Below are positions 50,824 to 62,829 of a DNA stretch of 64,000 bases, in pieces (positions within the stretch are counted from its first letter, which is position 1; every line of letters begins with the position of its first letter). The translations under genes and the position numbers were made by a program. The DNA comes from Nemertoderma westbladi (Eukaryota; Animalia; Xenacoelomorpha). The stretch covers positions 1-64,000 of the forward strand of contig JAUCBJ010007101.1 in assembly GCA_032718475.1 (NCBI GenBank). Reading direction: 5' to 3'. Under the pieces are notes generated by a model that saw only the letters and a list, made by a program, of their open reading frames with translations, had not been told where the DNA came from and did not search any database.

Positions 50824-52290
50824 CTATACAATATACAAAATCACAGTTTCTAATATACGTAAATACTCTAAACAGTTAGTCTTTCTTGCCAGAGTCCTTT
50901 TCTCTTTGGGGCGAGCCACTTTACAAGGAGGGCTATAACTCCTGGGTGAAGGGTGCAATATGATTGCATCAGAGGGTGTAGGATTATGGTCGGTGTATCC
51001 GCCAGTCGAAGTACCGGGTTGATTGACATCAACGTCCGGGGAGAGGGGTCTAACGGCTTTGAGAGCTCGTTTCAAGACAGCCGCTCTTACGGGTCCTTTA
51101 CGAGTGGTCTGAACGAGGGCCGTGGGTGGACCATAGGCAGTTAGAAACTTCCGGGGTTTAATGGTCCTTTCCAACTCGCGTTCGCGGGCTCGGTATTCGT
51201 AAGGCCGTCGATGTACTTCCTGTAACTCGGGGTGTGAGTTAACAAACAAGTCTCCATAGTCCGGATCCTGACGGATATACTTGATTAAGTTATAGGAATG
51301 AAGGTCGCTAGGATTAACACTCCTGAGAAATTTGCGTACGAATTTAGTTGAAATACATTCTCCGACGCGCTTCAGTAGTTCGTAACTCGATATGCGTGAT
51401 TTCTGTTCGACAGAAGCGAATAGATAAGGATGGAACGCATAAATTCCTTCGTAAGCGCGTCCAGGATAATAACGATGGCGCGAATCACAATGTAAATCAG
51501 TGTTCGCTTCCCAAGCTCTGATGTAACGTAGTGTGATCATTTCATCTACGCTTTCCAAATCGTGATTAAAAGGGCAATCGAAACTGGCGTGTCCCTTTAG
51601 TTGACAATGGTGACATTGAGTCATAAATTGAGGGCAAACCGCAAAAATGTGCAAGTTATTGAGTCTGCAATACGCACAATAAATTTCCATCACCGGTTGT
51701 TCGTGGAAATAGGAACAGCGGACGTTTGTGTCCATGGGCGTAACATGGTCTCTCGATGCGCATAACCAACAACGTTGCCGAGAAACATAGTTGGCATGGC
51801 GATAATTGTACGCAGTGAGACACTGTGGACCTTGATACCATTCTAGGATGTAATCGTTGTCGCTGTTCCGGGCGCGATAGGCTGAATCTCCTCAGATTCT
51901 AGGCATATTGGTTCGTCTTCCCAGTCTGTTACGAATAGAATTTTCGTGATCTATTCTCGGTTTATCGTTCCGACTCCGCTGGGTATGATATTTAAATAGA
52001 ACCATTTCCCTTTCGGTGTCTACATCGTCCGTATCATGTAAATCGATAGGATGGCCGGTAGTTAGGAAGTCCATATACGTACTATTACGATGCGTATAGC
52101 GAGCGGTGGATTTTCGATAGTCCAATTCACGCGCAAGTTGCTCTTGGGACATCGGCGGTTCGATATAACGACCATCGTCCTCCGTAATGGTTGGATCGGC
52201 TTCACCGCGTATTAAGCTATCCACAAATGCTTGCAAAGGTAGAGTATATCGCTCCCTGATACCAAGATCATCTTCTATCAACTCCGTCAT
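50824..52290 (-). pseudogene. Accessory Zn-knuckle ORF of element B (one frame, single internal TGA)
   Basis: ORFs 51892-52290 and 50824-51735 are in frame, separated only by TGA at 51892-51894; CWLCASRDH, CAYC...HIFAVC, CHHCQLKGHASFDC; homologous to the C-terminal part of 26931-28658. Confidence 0.8.
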
Positions 52291-53917
52291 ATCTGCTATC
52301 TGAGTTTATTAATATCAAATGAGTTTGTATTTAGGCGAGCGGGCGTCGCTGCCTACTTCTCTTTGCCCCCGGACAGTGGGATTCTCAGCGCCGATGTACC
52401 GTCGTCGCGGTGTTTACGCCAACATGTAGCAACATCACGACAACGATAACCGGCACAAGTCACTCCACTGTCCGTCCCAAAGGCTTGAATCCACTTTAGG
52501 TTCTTTCTATAGGAGAGTTGGGCTACTTTCACAATTGCGACTAGCTACTGTAAACACACCTTAGCAGTAACATTCACCTATAAACGCACAAATTCCACAC
52601 AACTGTCACCAATTGTACACATACAGGCCATTTGTCCGTTAGTCAGTGCCTTCCAGAATGTCACGTTATTACTGTGTATCCTTGGATACTAACAGTGTGC
52701 TATATTCTCTATGCTATGCAATGGGACAAGCTTTCTATTGTTCTTTTAACTTGCTTCTAATTCTAGCGTGGGTGTTGCTATGGTGACATTATGGAATGCT
52801 AGCGGTAGAATTAGGGTAATTCTCATGCATACAGATCTGGGATGCTATTTAATAATAATTCTTTAATTGTCAATATCCTCTTTATGCATGATTTTATTAA
52901 TTTTATCGGCTATTGACTATATGTTGGAGATTCTCGCACTCTAATACACTCAATAGGATGAATCTCCACTCCCATGATCTATTAATTAATGGAATTTTGG
53001 GAATGTTATAAATTGTACAAAATGACAATTTATGAAATTCATTTAATGTATGAATTTAAATTTATTCCCGTGAATTTTATTATTTGATGTTAAAATTGAC
53101 ACAATTTGATTCCAGAGCAGGTCTGGGAACATAGGATCCTTAATTCTATGAAATTTGTCTTTTAAGAATATCGGTAAGTGCTACGATATCTTAATCGACT
53201 AGAATTGTTAACAGATCTGAATTTTACAGATTTTAATAAATATTAAATTAATATTTAAGATGGGCACCGATTTATTCCAGAACTTGTCTGGGGACGTTAA
53301 CCACTGATTCTAGAATTTGTCTTTCAAGTATATCGGTGGGTGCCGCGATATCTTAATCGACTAGAATTACAGATGGTCAAAAGGTTTAACAGATTTATTT
53401 GCGTTTTACGCTACTGTTAGAGGGACATCACGCTACTATATGTATTATTTAATATAAGGTAGAAGAGAAATATCGCACGAAGCAATGTCAGTGTGAAGAG
53501 GCAAGTCGTTTCCAAGGTCTACCCAGAGCTTGGTTTAGCCGAGACACGAGGATCTGAACTTTGCATTCCTAATACTCTGCCTACCAATAATACTTGAATA
53601 TAGTAGGAGCTTTATTGTACTTTAATAAGTACGGACATTTCATCTTACTGTAGTCACGTATTTATAATATGATACGGACAGTAAGGAAAGAGAAAAATAA
53701 TTATTTCTCGCCGTCGCACTAAATATATATTATAAGTAATTACATACGTAATAAACACTAATATATTGCACTAATCTACTAAATAATCACTAAAATAACA
53801 TTCTACTAAATAAAATTAAAGAAAACGATTATAATAAAATTACATAATAATACATACATAAATATAAAATAAAAACAAATATAAAATGATATAGTCACAC
53901 GCCCACTCCACATGCTA

Positions 53918-56900
53918 TCACGTTATGGAGTCCCTAGATATTTGTCGGATTAGGGAAGTGGTCGTAGGAAGAGTATCTTGCCTTCCATAGTTTCCGGACA
54001 GTTTTCGGTCTCTTTCCAGTAAACATAAACGACTAGCTGGGCGATTGAGTGGTTGTGTTAGTTTCTCCGCTCCCTTGGCCTGTCTATTCTCCGCCGTGGT
54101 AAGATGAGGAGGCCATTCTTCTTCTTCTTTACTTAAGAAGTCGGATCCACCTAACCAGCCTGGAGTATCTATCAGTTCTTGAGGAGTTGCTCCTCTGGAA
54201 GCGATGTCGGCTGGATTAATCGTCCCAAGGCAATGTCTCCATTGATCTACATTGGAGTTAATATCGTCATTATCTGAGGAGTATGGTGTTCCCTCAGTTG
54301 GGTCGTCCACCTCACTGCTCTCCACTTCCCATTCCTTTACTTGGTATACCTGTTGTTGAGGTAATCTCTCTTTGAGAGTTCTACGGGAAGGGCCAGTGAA
54401 GTACCAACCTACTCTAGTTCTTACCGCATAAGTTTGTAATGGCTGCGGTTGAGCAGGCCGTTTCTCCAATGTCTCGAGCGCCTCATGCGCGTTTTGGCCG
54501 ATGAGGATTTGCACTCCAGGATAATCGGTTTGGAATCGAGGTATCTCAAGATGTTGGATGCACTCGTCCTCGTCCCAGTTATAAGGTTCTGCTTGAGTAG
54601 TAGCAAAGTTCTTTATAGCCACCATTTTTACTGACCTTATACCTTGTGTTCCTAACTTATCCTGGGGGGTGGACAACACACCTACATAGTAATCTGCCGT
54701 TAGGGTAGATTTCCAAACCTGCATAATTCCTGACATATTCAATTTAGTCCGGAACTTGGGTTGTCCAGCAAAGATATCTTCGGCTAGTTCTTGATCGATG
54801 AATGTTCCTGTGCTGCCAGAGTCAAGGAGGGCGTTCACTATGTAGCTTTTGTTAAGACCGTGAACTCTTACTTGAACTACAGGAAATTCTCTGATTCCTA
54901 CGTTGGAAGCTGGAGCTTTCCAAGATGGTTGTTTGGCGAAAGTAGTTGGGGGAAACTCATCGTTGATGTCCTTTTCGTAAGTAAGTGCTCGATACACTGC
55001 GGTATTGATTAGATAACAGGATTCGTTGGCGTCGGAGAATTCGTCAGTATAGAATCCTTCCATCTCAGATTCTTGATCAGTGTCGTTTACATCACTGAAT
55101 TGGACATGTAGTTCGGGCTCACTTACCTGACTCAGTTTGTCTCGTTCGAACTCACTGTGTAACAAGATGTGATGTTTCGCGCCACACTTTGCACACTTTA
55201 TGTCGGAGTAACAGGTTCGCCGTTGGTGTCCTGATCTGAGGCAATTATAGCATAACCGCTTATTCCACAGGACTGTACGTCTGTCTACAAGGGATTTCTT
55301 TAGAAATTCAGCACACGCACTCAAACGGTGGGGCCCGTCGCACAGCGCACATTTTGGTTTGATGTTACTCACCTTAACTTGGTTAACGTTATGCACTCTC
55401 GTTCTTTCTTCGGGCTTTCTTCCGTGAATTCTCTTAGGAGACGTAGGAGGAGTTGTTGTTACCTGTTCTCTCCTGTCACTGGTTCGAGACTTGTATTTAC
55501 TTACGTCTTTATAGGTCTTGTTATCATAGTAAGATTTTGCTGTGTCTTTCCCGCTGTCCTCTTCTTGAGAAGCTTGGCTTTCGCCGTCGTCAGTATAACA
55601 CACTGGTATTATCCTTCTCCTAGAAACGGGTTTCTCACTTACCTTATTTTCCGATGTTTTCTCTCTGGACTGCCTTATGAGTTGTAATTTTACTTCACTA
55701 TCTAAGAAGGACATGAGATCAGCCATGGTAGGACTTCGTCGTTGTTGTTCATTCATGTACAACACTTTCTTGTCCCAGCGTGTACATACTCCACCCTTTG
55801 GTAAAGTAGAGACTACGGCTCCAATAACCATGGAACTCTGATATTCATGCGACTTACCTAACCAGTCCAGTTGTCTACAGATTTCCTGATTTTCATCAGA
55901 AAACTCTATAATCCCGCTACTAAGGAAGTGTCGAGGGGCTACTAATTTTGCATACAAATACTTAGCTATGTTATCCTTGTTACCATACCTGATGTTTAAT
56001 GTATCCCAAACTTGTCTTAATCCTTCTGGATGTCCAATAAACTTTAACGCCATTAACTTGGGAGGTCCTTCCAAGCACTTGCTGAGGAACCTAAGTTTCT
56101 CTTCGTTAGATAGCACAGAGTTCTGTATGCTGTCTTTGTAATATTCGTTGAAAGGTAACCATTTCATCTCATCTCCATTGAATTTGACGATCTCTCCCAC
56201 TTTGACCGCTTGGCGGGCTTCTGTTCTAGCCATCTGACGCGTAAAGCTTTCTTGGGCCATCGTGTTATTTAATATCGAATTATCGGTATATAAAATTCTC
56301 GGATCATTATCAGGTCTATAGGGAATATCATTAATAACAGGTCTATAATCACCCTTAATAGGGTTTGCTATAGGAGTTTCAACTTCACTAGCAGTATATA
56401 TGCGTGTAGGCTCCACACCTTGCGCATGTATTACTTCAGACCTAACAGGTTGACACAATGTTACAGGGGGTATTGGTATGCCCTTTTGTATATTGACTAA
56501 TTTGTCGCGTTCTAGCGCGATACTTTGCTGCACTTCTTGCAACTCTGCTCTACCTTCCCTCACTGTTCCCTTAAGTTGGTGGACAGTCTCCTGCATCTGT
56601 CCTAGCAGGAGATTCATCCCCCGCCGTCCCTCTTCCACCCACTCAACCGCCGAAGCGGGAGTCGCCAACATAGTAGCGGGCTGACGCGGGACGACGGGAG
56701 ACAAATTTTTGATTTCTCTCTCTGCTATCTGGACAGGGATATTCTCTTGGACTGTTCTACCGGGTACAGGCAGTGTAGTACTATGTAAAGGGAATTTAGA
56801 GTTAAGCTCTGGAAGTACAGGGGTCTCTAACACAGAAGTGACTTTGGGAACGACAGGCCTAATTATTTCAGGCTCATCAACTATTGTAGGGAGTCTTTTG

Positions 56901-57964
56901 ACCTTAATACTTTGGGCTGTAGGTTCTATACTACTCAAGTCTGTGCTAGCTAGCTGTCTTCTAACAGCTGGGGGCAAATCAGGCAATTTGCGACGGTAAG
57001 ATGTTTTTCTACGCCTACTTAGATGAGATCTATTTCCTCCGCCTTCAGGATCGGTGGTCTCGCCTTCCTCCGAGGATGTGTATCCCTGGCGCTTGGGAGT
57101 AGATTTTCTCATCATCTGCATTTGTTTAGCAGTAAACTGTTTATTTATACTGTCTTGCGTCTCTTGCAGATTTTCCAACTCCAGTTGGATAGTCTCCTCA
57201 GAAGCTCTCCGTTCTGCTTCTGCCACCTTTCTTTCGGCTTCTGCTTCTGCTTCTGCTGCCTTTACTGCTGCTGCCTTTCGGTTCTCTATCTGTTTTTTCT
57301 TTATTTGTTCTTCTTGGACTCTAACGAGGCGGAGTTTTTCATCAAATTTAGCTTGTTCTGCAGCTAACATTTCCGCATCGATTGCGTCCAACACAAGCTT
57401 GGTTCTTTCACTATTAGGGCGAAGTCCAGACAGTCGTCTCCTCAACTCTTCGTCTCCTATGAATCGCTGATAGTCTGACAGATAGATGTCAATGGCGTCT
57501 CTAGTTCGCGGCTTCTCTGCTGTTAATTCGCTTTCCACTTCGCTTTCCACTTGAGAAGAAGTGGCGTCGGTTGATTCTTCATAGGTTGGCCGTTCATCAT
57601 AAACCGTATCCACCATCTTCGCTCCGCGTTCGGGCGTCCGCTCAGCAGTATCCGAACTACTGGAGCTATCGGGCCGCTGAGAACTAGGTTCTAGGCTAGG
57701 ATGTTGCTGCTGTTTGACAGCGGCTTCTTGATCCCGCTTGACTTGGGCCCGAGTACCGATGATAGACCTATGTTGTTCTACCAGCCTAGGGTCTGACACT
57801 ACTACTGTAGGGATGGCCTTTTTTACAATAGTAGGTGACTTAGACTTGGATCTAGGATGTTCTATACTTGGATCTGGGTCACTGATCTTTTTAAGGCACT
57901 GTCTAACAGTCATTCTAACACTTTCTAAGAGACTATCCGACAGTGATTGGGTTGTGTCTGACAT
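53918..57964 (-). CDS. BEL/Pao Gag-protease with RNase H-tail remnant (element B), 1348 aa
   Basis: Coiled-coil N-terminus, capsid-like region, three knuckles, ALLDSGS, then QWRHC..INPADIASRG..WLGGSDFL; no YxDD or DDE motifs. Confidence 0.94.
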   Translation of the reverse strand: MSDTTQSLSDSLLESVRMTVRQCLKKISDPDPSIEHPRSKSKSPTIVKKAIPTVVVSDPRLVEQHRSIIGTRAQVKRDQEAAVKQQQHPSLEPSSQRPDSSSSSDTAERTPERGAKMVDTVYDERPTYEESTDATSSQVESEVESELTAEKPRTRDAIDIYLSDYQRFIGDEELRRRLSGLRPNSERTKLVLDAIDAEMLAAEQAKFDEKLRLVRVQEEQIKKKQIENRKAAAVKAAEAEAEAERKVAEAERRASEETIQLELENLQETQDSINKQFTAKQMQMMRKSTPKRQGYTSSEEGETTDPEGGGNRSHLSRRRKTSYRRKLPDLPPAVRRQLASTDLSSIEPTAQSIKVKRLPTIVDEPEIIRPVVPKVTSVLETPVLPELNSKFPLHSTTLPVPGRTVQENIPVQIAEREIKNLSPVVPRQPATMLATPASAVEWVEEGRRGMNLLLGQMQETVHQLKGTVREGRAELQEVQQSIALERDKLVNIQKGIPIPPVTLCQPVRSEVIHAQGVEPTRIYTASEVETPIANPIKGDYRPVINDIPYRPDNDPRILYTDNSILNNTMAQESFTRQMARTEARQAVKVGEIVKFNGDEMKWLPFNEYYKDSIQNSVLSNEEKLRFLSKCLEGPPKLMALKFIGHPEGLRQVWDTLNIRYGNKDNIAKYLYAKLVAPRHFLSSGIIEFSDENQEICRQLDWLGKSHEYQSSMVIGAVVSTLPKGGVCTRWDKKVLYMNEQQRRSPTMADLMSFLDSEVKLQLIRQSREKTSENKVSEKPVSRRRIIPVCYTDDGESQASQEEDSGKDTAKSYYDNKTYKDVSKYKSRTSDRREQVTTTPPTSPKRIHGRKPEERTRVHNVNQVKVSNIKPKCALCDGPHRLSACAEFLKKSLVDRRTVLWNKRLCYNCLRSGHQRRTCYSDIKCAKCGAKHHILLHSEFERDKLSQVSEPELHVQFSDVNDTDQESEMEGFYTDEFSDANESCYLINTAVYRALTYEKDINDEFPPTTFAKQPSWKAPASNVGIREFPVVQVRVHGLNKSYIVNALLDSGSTGTFIDQELAEDIFAGQPKFRTKLNMSGIMQVWKSTLTADYYVGVLSTPQDKLGTQGIRSVKMVAIKNFATTQAEPYNWDEDECIQHLEIPRFQTDYPGVQILIGQNAHEALETLEKRPAQPQPLQTYAVRTRVGWYFTGPSRRTLKERLPQQQVYQVKEWEVESSEVDDPTEGTPYSSDNDDINSNVDQWRHCLGTINPADIASRGATPQELIDTPGWLGGSDFLSKEEEEWPPHLTTAENRQAKGAEKLTQPLNRPASRLCLLERDRKLSGNYGRQDTLPTTTSLIRQISRDSIT

Positions 57965-60151
57965 GTTTGTTTACACAGTTGAATGCCTACGGCTATAAAT
58001 ACAGTTAAAGCAAGTCTAGCAATTCAGTATCACTGTTAGCCTAGTACCGGTAATTACAGTATTAGAATACCGGTATATACTTATAGTATGTATAAGTATT
58101 GTAAACTAGTTTTGTCACAGAGTACCGGTATATAAATTTAGCACAAATATATATAAATATATAATAGGCCTATCGTGAATACCGGTATGCAGCTTACACT
58201 TATAGTATATCAGTATAATTTTGGACTAGAATTAATTACAGAGTACCGGTATGATTTCAGCTCAAATTTATAGAAATAAATCTAATAAGCCTATGGTAAA
58301 TACCGGTATGTCAATTATTTTAGAATAATTGAATTTCTGAATATTTTAGGGTTACTTGGTTACTTTAACTTACTTTATTACCGTTATTTAAGCAGTAGTC
58401 CAACTGATATGGAGACCTAGTTGTTGTATGGCAGGCCTACTATTTATAAATCGTTTGAGTTGATTTATAATAGATATATACCCGTTTAAAATGGGTTTGT
58501 CAATACTTGAAATAAATGTTATTATTTCTGGGGGTTCACTACACAGAAGCTGTGCGCTCTCAGTGAAGTGCTATTTATTTGACACTAAAACTGATAATTC
58601 TAATTTACCTAAGTTACTTAATACTACAAATTACTTACGATACGGGTGAGATTAAATCTCTAATTAACCACAACAAAAAATATTACGTACGAATTTTTAG
58701 GGTAATTTTACAGGAAGTCTACAAACCAGCCTAACAAAGGGTTAGATTTCTGGTTATTACAACGGACAGGGTACTACGGTATTTGAAAATAATAAGTAGT
58801 AGTAAATATATTGCACTGTCCAGATAGGAAAATACCACCGCCTGACGACCTATAACCGTATCGCTATAGGTACTACGTTATGTATCACGGATTGTTCCTA
58901 CCTAGAAGTTAATTACCGCGGACTACCAGATCCAGCGTGCCTATTAACCACTTTACAACACAAATATACTGCCTACACACTAATTACTTCGGAAAGCACT
59001 GTACACTAAACCCTAAATTAGGTACAAGTATTGGTATAACAAATAATCAGCAGTTAAATATACTTGAACAGTTAAAAGAACCACGGCATCTGCTGGAGTG
59101 ACCGAAGCACAAAGTCACCAGTCTTTACCTACGCCAAGCAGCCCGTGTAGTACCGGGGTTAATTTAACTATAACGGTATGTGTAACAAACACAATTACTG
59201 TAGGAATAAACTTGGGGACATGAATGTTGCGAATAATCGCATAAACTCTGAATAATAAATATTACGCTACCCGTACAGAATACTCAAACAAATACAAACC
59301 AAAACGCTGGCAGACTACCACCAAGCCTAAATAAACTACCGTACGTGTAGATTCTGAAATAGTTAGTTAGTATGCGTTCTAACACGGTAGTACGACTTAT
59401 TCTTTAAGAGGGGATTGACCTTACCGCTATGGCTGCCCCAACTTACTAACGGAGCTTTATCAGACAAACTCTACACACGCAGCAATCTCTTCAGGCCTAA
59501 TAATAGCTAGACAACAATCCAGCCTACAAAATATCTGAGTAATAACTATTACGGTACCCGAACAGACCACACAAACAAACACAGGCCAAAACACTGGCAG
59601 AATACTGTCAAGCCTAAATAAACTACAGTATGTGCAGATTCCAAAACGGTTAGTTAGTATGCGTTCTAACACGGTAGTACGACTTATTCTTTAAGAGGGG
59701 ATTGACCTTACAGCGATGGCTGCCCCAACTTACTAACTGGCACTCTATCGGACAAACTCTACACACGCCGTAATCTCTCCAAACCCAACAACAATCTAAC
59801 AACAGTCTGGCCTACAATTATCTGAACAATCTGAGCAGACTTACACGTCTTCAGCTCAATATTAACTTACTAGGAAATAAAACTGACAGAAATAAGTAAA
59901 CTATACAAAAGAATGAGGGGTGATCAATCCCTATTCCTCTGGTAGCCTACAATATACTATAGATCACAATCGAAATAATACTAATGTACTTATACTGGAA
60001 GTACCGGTTAGGACAGTTGGGCCTACAGACCTACAGAAGTACCGGTTCTGGCAGTTGGGCCTACTGACCTACAGAAGTACCGGTTCAGGTTTACCGGTTG
60101 ACCAGTACTTTCAACTTTATTGCTTACTGCAATAAAGTCAATGACTGTTAT

Positions 60152-61432
60152 TGTACGCGCTTTTGAAGACCTTTAGCAGTTTAACCTGCCAAAATTTATA
60201 TGTCTTTTGATTTATAAATATACTTTAGAAGATGACAAATATTTAATACCAATAAACACAACATTAGCAGAAGCCAGCCTAGTGCGCGTCCATTCACCCG
60301 CTGGATAATCCCGGGAGGCTGGATTCTGTCGGCTTAGATTATTATTGCAGTGAAGCTTACGGTATTGTATTATTCGATTGATCGTTAATAATTAATTTCT
60401 GACTAATATTATTCACTTTCGGGAAATATTAACAGTTCCTTTTAGGACGTGGCGCTCTATCTAAGTAAACAGAGATATGACTTATACTAATCACAACGGT
60501 AAGTCGGTAAGGCTTATGATTCACGTATGAGGCGCATTCTTTAGGAAATGCTTAGTTATCAGCCACAATCATGCACACTACCGGTAACGCACAATACTGC
60601 TCACTAATTTGCCGACCGTCAATGAATTTTATCATATATAAAGAGAATAGCAACGGACTCATGTAGGGCTTATCAAATAGCATTAAATTCAATACACACC
60701 ACAATAATATAAGTCGCAATCGCTATATATATAACCCGCCTCTCTAACCTGTAGTGTATCAAGAAAATTGGGAAATTTGGGTTCTTTATAAATGTTCTCC
60801 AAATAATATTCAATCCACTGATATAAGATATGACAACAGTAAAAACATTAAGACGGTAGGTTAAGATATGATATGAACAGATATGTACAGCGATATGCAC
60901 TGATATGGACCGATATGTGAGTTGTTATGAACCGTAAGACTGATAACAGTCATACGCTCTATAATCTTAAGCCTACTAATGTTTCTTGCTAGAGCCGTTG
61001 TTTCTGGCTTAGACAGCAATAACAACAAAGTATCAGTAAAAAACTGTAAGACTGAACACTCTCCCTATGATCGACCGAAAAGCTACACGTCGACAGGAAA
61101 AATCGCTCTGATTGGCTCAAGCCAAACAAAGAACCATGCGTCCAATGGCTGTTTCCATGTCAGCAACCAGCTGTTAGATGTCGTAATATGAATCATCACG
61201 GCTAAGCTATGAAAGGTATTTTTCGCATTGCAGGTTTTTTGCCTTACCATGTCCGCTAAAACACGTATATAGCAGAATGACTTTTATGTCCGTTAAAACA
61301 CCTGTAACGGTACCTTGCGGGCGAGGGGAATATATATACAGTTAGAGAACCTTTTTTAGAGTATTCCAGCGCCTGGGGGGAAACTGGATTGCGAAGCAAA
61401 AGGGCCAGTTATATCCCACAGAAGCTTTTACA
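60152..61432 (-). repeat. 5' LTR of element B
   Basis: Near-identical to 49518-50797. Confidence 0.97.
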
Positions 61433-62829
61433 ATCCCACACTTAAAATGAAAATCATCACATCCATCACTGATCACTCTTATTTGTTTCGGCAATTAATA
61501 ATAGTATTGGTACGGTGTTAATATGTTTTATTATTATTAAGTTCCCATTTGTTGGCTCTGTAGTGTATCGTTCATATGACTATCAGTGCTACTAGCTAAT
61601 GGACTGTAACTATTAACGTTCCGTTGTGATTTAATCCAACTGGCTTTACTACGGAACATCGCCAAACGGAACCACGGAATATTCCGTCTGTCAGACCCCC
61701 AGGATGGGGAAAGGGACACCATATCGGACAGACTGAAACCGGTCGAATGGAGATACATCACCGGGTAGAAAATCAACGGCGTAACCAGGACAACCGCCAG
61801 TGTGAGTATTACCCACGGGTCGTATTTCTTTATCGCTTTGCAACGGTACTCTATGGACCACAACAATCTTGTGTGATTCATCGCGTCAAAAACATCGAAA
61901 CAAACATTTCTTTCGCCACCATCCATCTCCGAACTATTCTTGTAACGTCTGTTTGAATCTTTATAAAGCGTTTCGCATGCTTCACAAACTGTGCAGTTAA
62001 CTCCAGCGATGCACATGTTGATAGGGTTGACTTCCTTGTGGTCCTCAAAACAACTTTTGACGATTTCAACATCTTTAATGAAGTCCAGGGTTGTCTTGGT
62101 AATTGCGTGGTGGACAGTCCCATTGATAGTGACATTACGGAAACACGCGTCGCAATGCGATTCGTACCAAAGTTTCTTTACGAATGTAAAGGATAAACGT
62201 ATTGGGTTTGAGACTGGCGTCGTTGATTATTTTGTTACAAACTGGATTCCTTTGGATGGATTTGTAAACGTCTACGAACCCTTCGAACGCATAGTGTTGC
62301 ACTGAGGTGCACACTAACATTTCCTGTTCTTATTTCTCCTAAGTAGGAAAACAGCCAATGAGGTACAAGCAGTGAGAAAGAGGGTATATTAAGCGTTCAT
62401 TTGATTGGTCACTTGACATATTTAGTCCAGCTGGTAACTCAATGATGTAATTTAAATATTGTATATCCATAATTGTAAATTTCTTGAATTTCAACAAATT
62501 TAGCTTCCGGTAGAAAGTTACATAGACAGTCTGGAGGTCTGAAAAAATTCATAATAATAATAAAATATGTATTTGTTCATAAAATAACATTAACTTTCCA
62601 TATAATATCTGTTAGGGGCGCGCAGACCTGAAAAACTGACCGTTGCACAAATGCAACATCATGCAGGAAGGTACAAAATTTGTTCGGCTGATTGTTCAGA
62701 AATTTAGGTTGATTTTATACATTTATGTTAATTATTGAGTTAATTTGGGTGTCTATTACATGGCTTCCTCGAAATTGACTTCAATTTCATTAGGTCATTA
62801 GGGGGGGGGGGGGGTGGGGAATGTGCGGG

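Larger units (their letters stand above)
49518..61432 (-). mobile_element. Non-autonomous BEL/Pao LTR retrotransposon B (Gag-PR plus accessory ORF)
   Basis: 1280/1281-bp LTRs (about 3 substitutions and 1 indel seen); 5-bp TSD ATCCC (49513-49517, 61433-61437); same PPT as A. Confidence 0.96.

Noticed and set aside
50824-52290. env gene
   Set aside because: No signal peptide, furin site or clear transmembrane anchor; Cys/His knuckles indicate a nucleic-acid-binding protein.
54421-57998. Antisense and alternate-frame ORFs over gag (also 41715-45059)
   Set aside because: Shadow ORFs of the long gag frame with no motifs.
37100-61432. A and B as a segmental duplication or haplotype artefact
   Set aside because: Each has its own TSD and LTR pair, and they are substantially diverged from one another.
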